Source: Rebecca billardiae RCC1528
Lineage: Eukaryota > Protista > Haptophyta
DNA length: 64,000 nt
Assembly: GCA_965240325.2 (NCBI GenBank)
Contig: OZ251234.1
Span: 310,001-374,000, forward strand
Reading direction: 5' to 3'
The notes below the pieces were generated by a model. It did not search any database. It was not told where the DNA came from and worked only from the letters and a program-made list of their open reading frames with translations. A program made the translations under genes and the position numbers. This document shows, piece after piece, positions 13,301 through 25,203 of this stretch (its first letter is position 1; every line of letters begins with the position of its first letter).

Positions 13301-16300
13301 GGACGCGTACTCGTACCCGGGCGGGCAGAGGCACTGCCGCTCGAGGCCCGAGCCGACCTCGACGAGCGAGTCGTCGTCGCACACGCACGAGCTCACGTCG
13401 ATCGAGCCCATCTGCTCGGTGGTGAGGTGCGCGTCGATCTCGCCGCACGTCGAGCACGCGACGGTGCCGACAAAGTCCTTGTAGCTGCCGATCGCGCACA
13501 GCTCACAGCCCGTGTCGTACACGCTGCCGCCCACCGTGACGGTCGCGGCGCCGTACCCGACGTCGCACACGCAGCGCGCGTCGGTGCCGTTGCCCAGCTT
13601 GACAAAGCCCGCGTGCATGCACTCGCACGAGTCGATGTCGGGCGCGCCCTCGGCGAACGTCGTGAGGAACGGGTCGATCGCGTCGCAGCGCGAGCACTCC
13701 TCGTTGCCGCGCCCGTCCTTCCAGTAGCCGATCGGGCACGGCGTGCACGCGGAGCCGTCCAGGTACTCGCCGGCCAGGCAGAGCGGCGGCGGCGAGGGCG
13801 GCGGCGAGGGCGGCGGGCTGGGCGGCGGCGCCGGAGGCGGCGGCGGCGGCGGGCTCGGCGGCGGCGAGGGCGGCGGGCTCGGCGGCGGCGACGGCGGAGG
13901 CGTGGGCGGCGGGCTCGGCGGAGGCGTGGGCGGCGGGCTCGGCGGCGGGCTCGGCGGCGGCGAGGGCGGCGGGCTCGGCGGTGGCGAGGGCGGCGGCGAC
14001 GGCGGCGGGCTCGGCGGCGGCGACGGCGGCGGCGACGGCGGCGGCGACGGCGGCGGCGGGCTGGGTGGCGGGCTGGGCGGCGGGCTCGGAGGAGGCGAGG
14101 GCGGCGGCGAGGGCGGCGGCGGGCTCGGCGGCGGGCTCGGCGGCGGGAACGGCGGCGGGCTCGGCGGCGGGCTCGGCGGCGGCGACGGCGGCGGCGACGG
14201 CGGCGAGCCCGGCGGCGGCGGGCTCGGCGACGGCGGCGGCGGGCTCGGCGACGGCGGCGGCGGCGGGCTCGGCGGCGGCGGCGGCGGGCTCGGCGGCGGG
14301 CTGGGCGGCGGGCTCGGCGGCGGCGGCGACGGCGGCGGGCTCGGCGGCGGCGACGGCGGGCTCGGCGGCGGCGACGGCCGGTCCACGACGCGCGAGACCG
14401 CCTGCGCAATGATCGTGTTTGTGTTGTTCCAGAAGAGGTACACGTCGTAGTCCTCGAGCTCGGTCACGCTGTTGCCCAGGTTGATCTGCCCCGTCTGCAG
14501 CGGCGCGTAGCTCCACACGAGCGGCGGGTCGCCCGTGTGCTCGCCCAGCGCGATCTGCTCGATCTCGACCAGCTGGCGCACGCGCCGGCCGCTCTGGCGG
14601 AAGAGGCCCACCCAGTTCTCCGCGCTCACCGTGCGCGGCTCCACCCAGTACGTGACCAGCTGGTCCTCGCCCACAAAGTAGTACGGCTGCGACATCGAGA
14701 TGATCGCGGGGATGAGCGGCGGCGGCGACGGCGGCGGGCTCGGCGGCGGCGGCGAGGGCGGCGGGCTTGGCGGCGGCGAGGGCGGCGGCGACGGCGGCGG
14801 TGGCGGCGGCGGGCTCGGCGGCGGGCTCGGCGGCGGGAGGGGCGGCGGGCTCGGCGGCGGGCTCGGTGGCGGGAGTGGAGGCGGGCTCGGCGGCGGGAAC
14901 GGCGGCGGGCTCGGCGGCGGCGAGGGCGGCGGGCTCGGCGGCGGGCTCGGCGGCGGGCGCGGCGGCGGGCTCGGCGGCGGGAGGGGCGGCGGGCTCGGCG
15001 GCGGGCTCGGCGGAGGCGACGGTGGCGGGAAGGGCGGCGGGCTCGGCGGCGGCGACGGCGGCGGCACCGGCGGCGGCGGGCTCGGCGGCGGCGGGCTCGG
15101 CGGCGGGCTCGGCGGCGGGCTCGGTGGCGGCGGGCTCGGTGGCGGGCTCGGCGGCGGGCGCGGCGGCGGGCTCGGCGGCGGGCTTGGCGGTGGCGGGCTC
15201 GGCGGCGGGCTCGGCGGCGGCGCAGGCGGCGGGCTGGGCGGTGGCGACGGTGGCGGGCTCGGCGGCGGCGGCGGCGGTGGGCTGGGCGGCGGGAATGGCG
15301 GCGGGCTGGGCGGCGGCGACGGCGGCGGGTGTGGCGGCGGCGACGGCGGCGGGCTCGGCGGCGGGCTCGGCGGCGGCGGGCTCGGCGGCGGGCTCGGCGG
15401 GCTCGGCGGCGGGCTGTAGTGACACGTGATGTCGCCGTTGACCGTCGCCGTCGAGTCGTAGTTCCACGCGAGCGAGTCGGTGCAGCCGAAGTAGTGGCAC
15501 TCGGCGACCACATTGATCACCACGTTCGAGTCGTAGTTGTCCGCGAGCGAGTCGCCGCAGCCGGTGGGCGGGGGTGGAGAGGGCGGCGGCGCAGGCGGCG
15601 GCGAGGGCGGCGGCGAGGGCGGCGGCGCAGGCGGCGGCGAGGGCGGCGGCGAGGGCGGCGGCCTGGGCGGCGGCGCAGGCGGCGGCGAGGGCGGCGGCGA
15701 GGGCGGCGGAGGCGACGGCGGCGGCGACGGCGGTGCGCTCGGGGGCAGGCTCGGTGGCGGACCCGGCGGCGGTGACGGCGGCGGCGACGGCGGCGGGCTC
15801 GGCGGCGGCGGGCTCGGCGGCGGGAAGGGCGGCGGGCTCGGCGGCGGGCTCGGCGGCGGGCTCGGCGGCGGCGGGCTCGGCGGCGGCGACGGCGGCGGGC
15901 TCGGCGGCGGGCTCGGCGGCGGGCTCGGCGGTGGCGGCGGCGGGCTTGGCGGCGGGCTTGGCGGCGGCGACGGCGGCGGGCTCGGCGGCGGCGACGGCGG
16001 CGGAGGGCTCGGCGGCGGGCTGGGCGGCGGCAGGGGCGGCAGGCTCGGTGGTGGCGAGGGCGGCGGCGGGCTCGGCGGCGGCGAGGGCGGTGGCGAGGGT
16101 GGCGGGAACGGCGGCGGAGACGGCGGCGGCGATGGCGGCGGGCTCGGCGGCGGCACGGGCGGCGGAGGCGAAGGCGGCGGGGGTGGCGGCGGGCTCGGCG
16201 GCGGCGGACGAGGCGGCGGGCTCGGCGGCGGCATGGGCGGCGAGCTGGGCGGCGGGCTCGGTGGCGGGCTCGGTGGCGGTGGCGGCGGCGGGCTCGGCGG

Positions 16301-18310
16301 GGGGCTCGGCGGGGGGGGCGGGGGGCTGGGCGGCGGGCTGGGCGGCGGGCTCGGAGGCGGCGGCGGGCTCGGTGGTGGCGATGGCGGCGGGCGCGGCGGC
16401 GACGATGGCGGCGGGCTTGGGCTCGGCGGTGGCGGCGACGGGCTCGGCGGCGGCGGGCTCGGCGGCGGTGGCGGCGGGCTCGGCGGCGGGCTCGGCGGCG
16501 GGAAGGGCGGCGGGCTCGGCGGCGGCGACGGCGGCGGGCTGGGCGGCGGGCTGGGCGGTGGGAATGGCGGCGGACTCGGTGGCGGCGACGGTGGCGGCGA
16601 TGGGGGCGGGCTGGGCGGCGGCGGCGGCGGCGGGCTGGGCGGCGGGCTGGGCGGCGGCGGCGGCGGCGGGCTCGGCGGCGGGCTCGGCGGTGGCATCGGC
16701 GGCGGGCTCGGCGGCGGGCTCGGCGGTGGCGGCGGCGGCGGGCTCGGCGGCGGGCTCGGCGGCGGGCTCGGCGGCGGGCTCGGCGGCGGCGGCGGCGGCG
16801 GGCTTGGTGGCGGGCTCGGCGGCGGGCTCGGCGGCGGCGGCGGCGGCGGGCTGGGCGGCGGGTTTGGTGGCGGCGACGGTGGCGGGCTCGGCGGCGGTGG
16901 TGGCGGCGGGCTCGGCGGCGGGCTTGGCGGCGGCGGCGGTGGGGGGCTCGGCGGCGGCGGCGGGTGGAGCGGCGGCGGGCTCGGCGGCGGGCTCGGCGGC
17001 GGGGGTGGCGCGCTCGGCGGCGGCGGCGGGCTCGGCGGCGGCGAGTACTCGCACAGGTCGGTGGCGCCGCCCGTCGCGCTCGAGTCGTAGTTGAACGCTG
17101 CCGGGTCGGTGCAGCCGAAGTAGTGGCACTCGGCGACCACGTTCACCACCACGTTCGAGTCGTAGTTGTCCGCCTTCGGGTCGCCGCAGCCGGTCGGCGG
17201 CGGCGGGCTGGGCGGCGGGTGCGGCGGCGGGTGCGGCGGCGGCGGCGAGGGCGGTGGCGGGCTGGGCGGCGGGCTCGGCGGCGGGCTCGGCGGCGGCGGC
17301 GGCGGCAAGCTGGGCGGCGAGGATGGCGGCGGCGACGGCGGCGGGCTCGGCGGCGGCGGCGGCGGCGAGGACGGCGGCGGCGATGGTGGCGGGCTCGGCG
17401 GCGGCGGCGGCGGCGGGCTCGGGGGCGGCGATGGTGGCGGGCTCGGCGGTGGCGGCGGCGGCGGGCTCGGCGGCGGCGCCGGCGGTGGCGGCGGCGGCGG
17501 GCTTGGCGGCGGGCTCGGCGGCGGAGGCGGAGGCGGTGGCGGCGGCGGGCTCGGTGGCGGGCTTGGCGGCGGCGAGGGTGGCGGCGATGGCGGCGGCGGC
17601 GGCGGACTTGGCGGCGGCGGCGGCGACGGGCTCGGCGGCGGCGGCGGCGATGGCGGCGGCGGGCTCGGCGGCGGGCTCGGAGGCGGCGGTGGCGGCGGGC
17701 TCGGCGGCGGGCTGGGTGGCGGGAACGGCGGCGGGCTCGGCGGCGGGCTCGGCGGCGGGCTCGGCGGCGGCGGGCTCGGCGGCGGGCTCGGCGGCGGGCT
17801 CGGCGGCGGGAAGGGCGGCGGGCTCGGCGGCGGGCTCGGCGGCGGCGACGGCGGGCTCGGCGGCGGCAGCGGTCGGTCGACCACGTTCATCACCGTCTGC
17901 GCCATCACCGACTGCGTGCCGTTCCAGAAGAGGCACACGACGTAGTCCTGGACGTTGCTCACGTTGTGCCCGAAGTCGAGGTCGCCCTCCTGCCCCGGCG
18001 CGTACTGCCACGCCAGCGGCGGCTCCTCCGACGACTGCTCGCCGATGATGATCGAGTCGACGTCGAGCAGCTGCCGGAAGCGCCGCTGCTCCGGGTTGAA
18101 GATGCCGATCCAGTTGCTCGAGTGCACGGTGCGCGGCTCGACCCAGTACCGGGCGTGCTGGTCCTCGCCGACGAAGTAGAAGGGGCGCGACATGCCCACC
18201 CACGCCGGCGTGAGCGGCGGCGGCGACGGCGGCGGGCTCGGCGGCGGCGGGCTCGGCGGCGGCGACGGCGGCGGGCTGGGCGGCGGCGGGCTCGGCGGCG
18301 GGCTCGGCGG

Positions 18311-18343
<33 letters not shown>

Positions 18344-19903
18344 CGGCGGCGGCGACGGCGGCGGGCTGGGCGGCGGCGGGGTCGGCGGCGGGCTCGGCGG
18401 CGGCGGCGGCGGCGGGCACACGATCGGGTCCGGGTACGCCAGCTGGCACTCGTCCGAGCCCGCGAGGCAGCAGTCGTACATGCAGCGGCCGTGCGCGACC
18501 TCGTCGCACGCGAGGTGCGCGCACAGCGCCTCCGCGTTCGACGTCTCCATCAGGCAGCAGTCGATGCCCGGCCGGGCGCACGGCGGCGTGACGATCTCGT
18601 CGTCGCCGCACGCCGCGCGCATCCTCGTGAACGCCGCCGAGCCCGTCGAGAAGAGCAGCTGCCAGTCGCCCAGCTGCGTGTCGTCGTCCTCGGACGAGCA
18701 GAGGCCCGAGTGGCTCGCAGCCGGCTCGACGTGCGACTCGGGCGTGCGCACGTACACGTCGAACCAGAAGGCGGTGGGCGAGACGCCGCCGCCGTACCCG
18801 GTGCGGCGGAAGATGCGCACGGTCGTCTGGCCGAGCGTGATGAAGACCGTGTCGAGGATCAGGTTGGGCTCCTTGTCCTCGCCGTAGTTCAGCTCCATCA
18901 CGACGCCGTCCGCGAAGCGGTACACGCCCGTGCCGCTGAGCGCGCGGAGGAACGCCTCGGTCGAGCCGTCGACCAGCAGCGTGCTGCCGTACAGCTCGAA
19001 GGTGTGCTCGCCGATCTGGACGGCGATCGCGGCGTTCACCGACGCCGCCGCGCCCCAGATGCACTGGTACGTCTGCACGTGCAGCCCCGCCGCGGGCACG
19101 TCCGCCAGGTCGAACGCGCCCAGCCCCTGGAACTCGTACCGCACGCCGCCCCACGTGGTGAAGTGCGGGTCGCCGATCGACTCGCACACGGCAATGCCCT
19201 CGGGCACGGCGGGCGGCGAGGAGGGCGCGGGCGGCGCGGAGGGCGCGGGCGGCGCGGAGGGCGCGGGCGCGGGCACCGGGCACTCCTTCCCCGGGAAGCA
19301 GCGGAACACCCAGTAGCCGGTGCCGCCGTAGTTACCGAGGCACTCGGTCGTGCCCTCGCAGCACGGCTTGTGCGCGCCCGACGCCCAGGGGTCGCCCTCC
19401 GCCGCGGTGCACATGGACGGGTCGGGCGGGTCGTTGCACTTCTCGAGGCAGAGGTACGAGGCGACGCCGTCCGAGTCCCAGTCGCCCAGGCACTCGCGCA
19501 GGCCCGGGCAGCACGGCAGCTTGGGCCAGCCGTTGCGCCACGGGTCGAGCGGATAGACCGTGCACGTCGCCGGGCTCGGCGGCGGCGGCGGCGGCGGGCT
19601 CGGCGGCGGCGACGGCGGCGGCGGCGGCGGCGGGCTCGGCGGCGGGCTCGGCGGCGGCGGCGGCGGCGGGCTCGGCGGCGGCGACGGCGGCGGCGGGCTC
19701 GGCGGCGGCGGCGGCGGCGGGCTCGGCGGCGGCGGCGGCGGCGGGCTCGGCGGCGGCGGCGGCGGCGGGCTCGGCGGCGGCGGCGGCGGCGGGCTCGGCG
19801 GCGGCGGCGGCGGGCTCGGCGGCGGCGGCGGCGGCGGGCTCGGCGGCGGCGGCGGCGGCGGGCTCGGCGGCGGCGGCGGCGGCGGGCTCGGCGGCGGCGG
19901 CGA

Positions 19904-19936
<33 letters not shown>

Positions 19937-20343
19937 CGAGTAGTGGCAGAGCACCGCGCCGCCCTCCGTCGCGCTCGAGTCGTAGTTGAACGCGGCCGGG
20001 TCGGTGCAGCCGTGGTACTGGCACGCGGTCGGCACGTTCACCACAACGTTCGGGTCGTAGTTGTCCGCGGACGGGTCGCCGCAGCCGGTCGGCGGCGGGG
20101 GCGAGGGCGGCGGGCTCGGCGGCGGCGGGCTCGGCGGCGGCGGCGCCGGGCTCGGCGGCGGCTTCGGCGGCGGCGAGCTCGGCGGGGGCGGCGGGCTCGG
20201 CGACGGCGGCGGCGGCGCCGGGCTCGGCGGCGGGCTCGGCGACGGCGGCGGCGGGCTCGGCGGCGGCGGAGGCGGCGGCGGGCTCGGCGACGGCGGCGGC
20301 GGCCGCGGCGGCCGGCTCGGCGGCGGCGGGCTCGGCGACGGCG

Positions 20344-20376
<33 letters not shown>

Positions 20377-20448
20377 ACGGCGGTGGCGGCGGCGGGCTCG
20401 GCGACGGCGGCGGCGGCCGCGGCGGCGGGCTCGGCGGCTCGCTCGGCG

Positions 20449-20481
<33 letters not shown>

Positions 20482-21579
20482 ACGGCGGCGGCGGCGGCGG
20501 GCTCGGCGGCGGCCGAGGGGGCGGCGGGCTCTGCGGCGGCGGCGGCGGCGGGGGGCTCGGCGGCGGCGGCGGCGGCGGCGGGCTCGGCGGCGGGCTCGGC
20601 GACGCCGGCGGCGGCGGCGGCGGGCTCGGGCTCGGCGGCGGCGGCGAGAGCGTGCGCCGGTACGGCAGCACGTTTGAGCACTCGGACGGGCCGGCGCCGT
20701 TGTGCGCGCGCACGCACACGTCGTACGTCACGTCCACCTCGGCGCCGAGGCACACGATGCCCTGCGGCGGCGGGCGCGCGCCGATGTAATCCGGGCAGAA
20801 CAGCCCCGAGTCCGGCGAGATGTCGAACGAGTAGTGCGTGATCGCCGAGCGCGTGTCCTCCTCCTCGTCCGTGAGCCGCGGCGGCCTCGCCCAGATCGTG
20901 CGCGCGCCCGGCGACTCCCGGTTGTCGTCGACGCTGAGCAGCAGCGGCGGGTGCCACACGCTGTCGGGGTCGGTGTGGCACCGGCCCGGCCGCTCCGGCC
21001 GCACGCGCCACCGGCCGTCCGGCCCGCACTCGATCTCGCCCGAGCCCCACTCGCCGTCGTCGTTCGAGCACGAGACGCCGCACACCTTGCCCTCGGCGTT
21101 GAGCATGTCGCACTCCTCGTCGTCCGAGTTGGGCGCGAGCCCGGTCGCGCGCGGCGGCGTGAGGTCGGCGCAGTACACGAGGGGCACCGGCGGGCGCGCG
21201 GAGGCGGTGAAGCGCACGTAGTCCTTCTCGTGGCCCCACGTCTTGATCACGTACTTGCCGTCCACCGCGGACAGCACCAGCGCGTTCACCCAGTCGAACG
21301 CCTGCACCTCGGAGCCGCTCAGGTCGACGACGAGCTCGAGGTCCTCCTGCCACGGCGTCAGGTAGATGAAGCCGTTGTTCTCGGCGGCGCAGCCGTCGCC
21401 CGAGCCGCACCAGATGTGCTCGTCCGACTCGTCCGCGGCGTAGTCGCACTGCTGCTTGGACCACGCGTAGCACCCCGTCGACGAGACCTCCGCCGCGTGC
21501 GTCCAGCAGCAGCCGTTGCACGAGCTGCCGTAGTTGCAGTTGCGGCACTGGTACGCGTCGTCGTCGCTCGAGTCGTCGC

Positions 21580-21637
<58 letters not shown>

Positions 21638-21854
21638 TCCGCTGTCGTCGTCGTCGTCGTCGTCGCCATCGGAGGCGTGCGAGCTCGAGCACCAGACGAA
21701 CTCGTCGTCGTCCATTCGATCGCACGTGGCCTTGCTCCAGCCGGTGTAGCAGCCGCACTGGTTGTTCTCAACGGCGGGCTTGTAGCAGCACGCGGCGCCG
21801 GGGCAGCTCGAGCCGTATTGGCAGGCGCCGCAGTAGTCTGCCGTGGACATGCCG

Positions 21855-21902
<48 letters not shown>

Positions 21903-22193
21903 TCACCGAGGCGGCGGCGCTGCTGCCGCTTGCCGCTGCGCTTGCCGCTGTGCTTGCCGCTGCGCTTGCTGCCGCTGAGGCGGCGGCGGCGGCGCGTGGC
22001 AGCCTTTGCCTTCGTGCCCGCGCTCTCGGCGTCGCGCAGATCGGCCGTGCCGAGGCTGCGCGCCGTGAGCGACTCGCGGAGGCGGCGGCGCGACTCGACG
22101 AGGAAGCTCCACCTCTCCATCTCGCGCGGGCTCGACTTGGCGGCGCCGAGGCGGCGCTGCTGGGCGAGGCGGCGGCCGCGGCGGTCGCTGTCG

Positions 22194-22235
<42 letters not shown>

Positions 22236-23317
22236 GAGTTGGAGGGCGCGAGATTGCCGCGCTCGCAGCGCGCAAAGTCGAAGGACGGGCACGACTGGTC
22301 GTCGGGGACGGGCCGCGTGCACATCGCGTTGTCCGAGCACGTGAAGCCGCCCGTCCACTCGCCGTTCCTGCAGATCAGCTGGCCGTACTGCTGGTAGCCG
22401 GGCAGGCACGACGCGGGGCAGAAGAAGCCCGAGATCACGTTGATGCAGCCGGCGATCGACTCGTCGAGGACGTTCGCGACGACGGGGAGCGAGGTGCACT
22501 GGTCGCCGCCGTCGGCGACGGTCGCGCCGATCAGGATGGCCTTGGGCTCGACGTCGCCCTGGCTCGTCTCGAAGCCCATGCGGCACGGGTAGCGCAGCGG
22601 CTGGCTCGTCATCGGCTGGCTCTGCGTGCACGCGTCGCAGTACTCGTCGGCCGAGCGGAGCTTGTCGTCGTAGTCCTCGGTCCAGATCTGGTAGATGCCG
22701 GAGCGGAAGCCGACGAACGAGTTGTAGTACCACGTCACCATGTCGACGGGCTGGTTCCGATACCGCCGGTAGTAGCCCCACGTGATCACCCAGCGCGAGA
22801 AGCCGCAGTTCTGCGAGACGCCCGCGCTCGTGTCCGTCGGCCGCACCCACGTGCCGAGGCCGCCGTCGGGCGGCGCGGTGCCGTCGTCCCACTCGTCGTA
22901 GCACGTGATGAAGTGCCGGTCGGAGACGATCTCGCCGAGCTGCGCCGCGCCCGGGATCGACTTGGTCGAGCACGCCTGGCTCGAGCTGCCCCACGGCGCG
23001 GCGTACAGCAGCGAGCGCACGTACGCGTCGTAGTCGCCGATCAGGTCCGTGTACCCAGCGTCGCACCAGTTGTCGAACGTGTAGTCGAAGGGCTGGCCCT
23101 CGGGCGGGATCACGTGCATGCGCCCCGGCGTGAACGTCGGGTGCCCATGGTATGTGCCCAAGAACCACGTGACGACGCCGGGCTGGTCCGGGCTGGTCGC
23201 TGAGCAGAACGACGAAAGGTGGGCGCGCGCAGCGCTCGGCAACAGAAGCGGCAGGAGCGCCGACAGGGCCCACCCGGCGCGACCGCCGCGCGGGCGGTGG
23301 GCGGCGTCAGGGCCCAT
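7382..23317 (-). CDS. Giant (5311 aa) intronless cell-surface multi-pass membrane protein: signal peptide, Cys-rich/sushi-like and FN3-like modules, poly-Asp, Ser-Pro stalks, VWD domain, ephrin-receptor-like (GCC2/GCC3) repeats, ~9-TM TRP-like domain, repetitive cytoplasmic tail
   Basis: Single open frame. Signal-like WALSALLPLLLPSAARA. VWD start CESIGDPHFTTW..YEFQG (~19190). CxxCPxGxYK repeats 11900-13780. Hydrophobic helices with KI..YLQI, WP, WWWEF..RKL and QPY motifs 10270-11900. Confidence 0.92.
7480..9790 (-). repeat. Coding tandem repeats in the C-terminal tail: ~55-aa units in 327-bp dimers and a 123-bp (41-aa) terminal unit
   Basis: gccaaagtcctccggcgggaagtcgtag at ~8933 and ~9260; gtccccagggaaggcgacgctc at 7523, 7646, 7769. 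Confidence 0.92.
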
Positions 23318-23943
23318 CTCGTCGACGCCGGCTCGATGCGGGCCGCCGCGGCGGCTGGCGAGCAGCTGCTGTGCTTAACCACGCAGGAGTGCTGCAGCCC
23401 TTTGCGTCACCGTAGCCGCGAGTTGCCACAAATGCGGGCTTTTGGTGGACCAGAGCCTTCCGCTCTCACAGCCGCTTTAGCCAGTTGCGCGGGCTCGGCC
23501 GTTGCCGAAACTGAAACCGCATATGCGAACTATTTTGGGCACTATGGAGCGCTTGAGAGGATTCGCTATTGGCGCCCGGCAATTATGTACCCGCGTCATC
23601 GAAGACACCCGGCCTGATGAAACAGTTGCAGCTCGAAAGCTATGCGGTCCTCAACTCGTCGGTTAGGTTCTTTACATAGTTGGTTAGATGAATCGACGCG
23701 CGATTAAGATCGATATTACTTGCTCATCGAGCCGTGTACGAACCTGCTCGAAAATCTTGCGAATAATAAAATGCGCGTCGTCTTTTTCGATCGTCACCGG
23801 TTCGGATTGCACTGAGCTGAAATTGCCTTGCCCGTTGCCGCCCTTGGCGGAGCTCTGCGCGCCCGAGCCCGCGCCCGCGCCGGCACCACGCGCCGGCGGC
23901 CTCAACGGGCACGCTGCGCCGCCAGCCACGTGCAGCTAGCCCG

Positions 23944-25027
23944 TCAATGGTCGTCGTCATCGTGGTGGTGCGGAAACAAGTCGCGGTGCATGAAGGCCTT
24001 ATACAAGCGCGACACGCGCAGGACGGTCACGGTGAGGCCGCATGCGTAAAAGGCGAAGAGCCAGAGCCCAGACGCCGCGACCACGCCTGCCGTCGCGCAA
24101 AGCGCGGGCGCACGGAACGCGTGAGCGGTGTGTCGGCGAGAACGCCGTGCCAGCCGCCAGGGCGCGCGCCCCTCCACTCGCTGCCCACCGCGGCGCGCGC
24201 GAGGCGGGCGGTGCGCGACATGCGGCCGCCGACGGCGCGGGGCGCGGCCGGGCGCGGCGCGCGGTCGGGCGCGGCGCGCGCGTACCGAGGGCGGCGCTGA
24301 CCCACACCGCGCACGCGGTGGTGATGCCGCGGACAGGGTCGCGCCCGCTGCCCTTCGCGATCACGCCGGCGCCGATGAAGCCGACGCCCGTGCACACCTG
24401 CGCCGCCGCGCGCGCCGGGTCGCCCTTGTCGATGCCGTAGATGCACGCGAGCGTGTAGAGCGCCGAGCCAGAGGAGACGAGCGTCATCGAGCGCAGACCG
24501 GCGGGCCGGTCGGCGTCCTTGCGCTCGAGGCCAATGATCGCGCCGCAGCCGGAGGCGACGAGAAGCCGGCCCGAGATGCGCTTCAGCGTGTCCAGCTGCT
24601 CGTGCAGGTGCAGTATGCGCGACGAAGCCGCCAGGTGGCCGATGCCGAGGCGGTGGCCGACCGGCGATGTGATCACCATGTCCAGGAACCACGGCCAGAG
24701 CCAGAGAAGCAGGATGGGCAAGAGCGAGAAGGGCGTCCAGATGTTCTGCCACATGGGCTTCTCGCCCGTGCCCCTGTCACCGCTTCGTGCGCCAGCATTC
24801 GACGTTGGCGCGGGCGTGCTGGTGGCGGGCGAGGACGCTGTTGATTGCGGCGGCTGTGACGACGACATGCGCGCCGCACGCCATGCCCGCCTGGGCGCGA
24901 TGGGCGGCAGCGCCGGCCGCGAGGCCACACGCGCCGCGCACCGTAGCGTCACGCGCGCCGCGCACGGCGCGCTGCCCCCCAGCGCGAGTGCGGACACCAG
25001 CGCGAGCCGCACGGCGACGCGCGACAT
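23944..25027 (-). CDS. MgtC/SapB-family membrane protein with a probable bipartite plastid presequence; intron 24087-24285
   Basis: RLLVASGCGAIIGLER..RPAGLRSMTLVSSGSALY..DPARAAAQVCTGVGFIGAGVI..VRGITTACAVWVSAALG is the MgtC N-terminal signature. Splicing gives ALG-VVAASG, ending FPHHHDDDDH. Confidence 0.88.
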
Positions 25028-25203
25028 CGTTCTTGCTCGTCCGAGCTGGAAGGACGACGGCACGTCCGTCATGACGAAGCCGAGCCGAATTCCTCGCGGC
25101 CGGCCGGGGCGGGCCGGACGAACGCCTTCCCCGTTGGAGCGGTGGGCAAGCCGCGACCTCCGCGCGATCGACAAGCCGACGGCGGGGGCCCCGCGGATTC
25201 GCG

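Noticed and set aside
7299-23273. Very long overlapping ORFs (1566, 2398, 1926, 1237 aa) and poly-Gly ORFs
   Set aside because: Off-frame or antisense products of extreme GC3 bias; Arg/Ala- or Gly-rich with no motifs.
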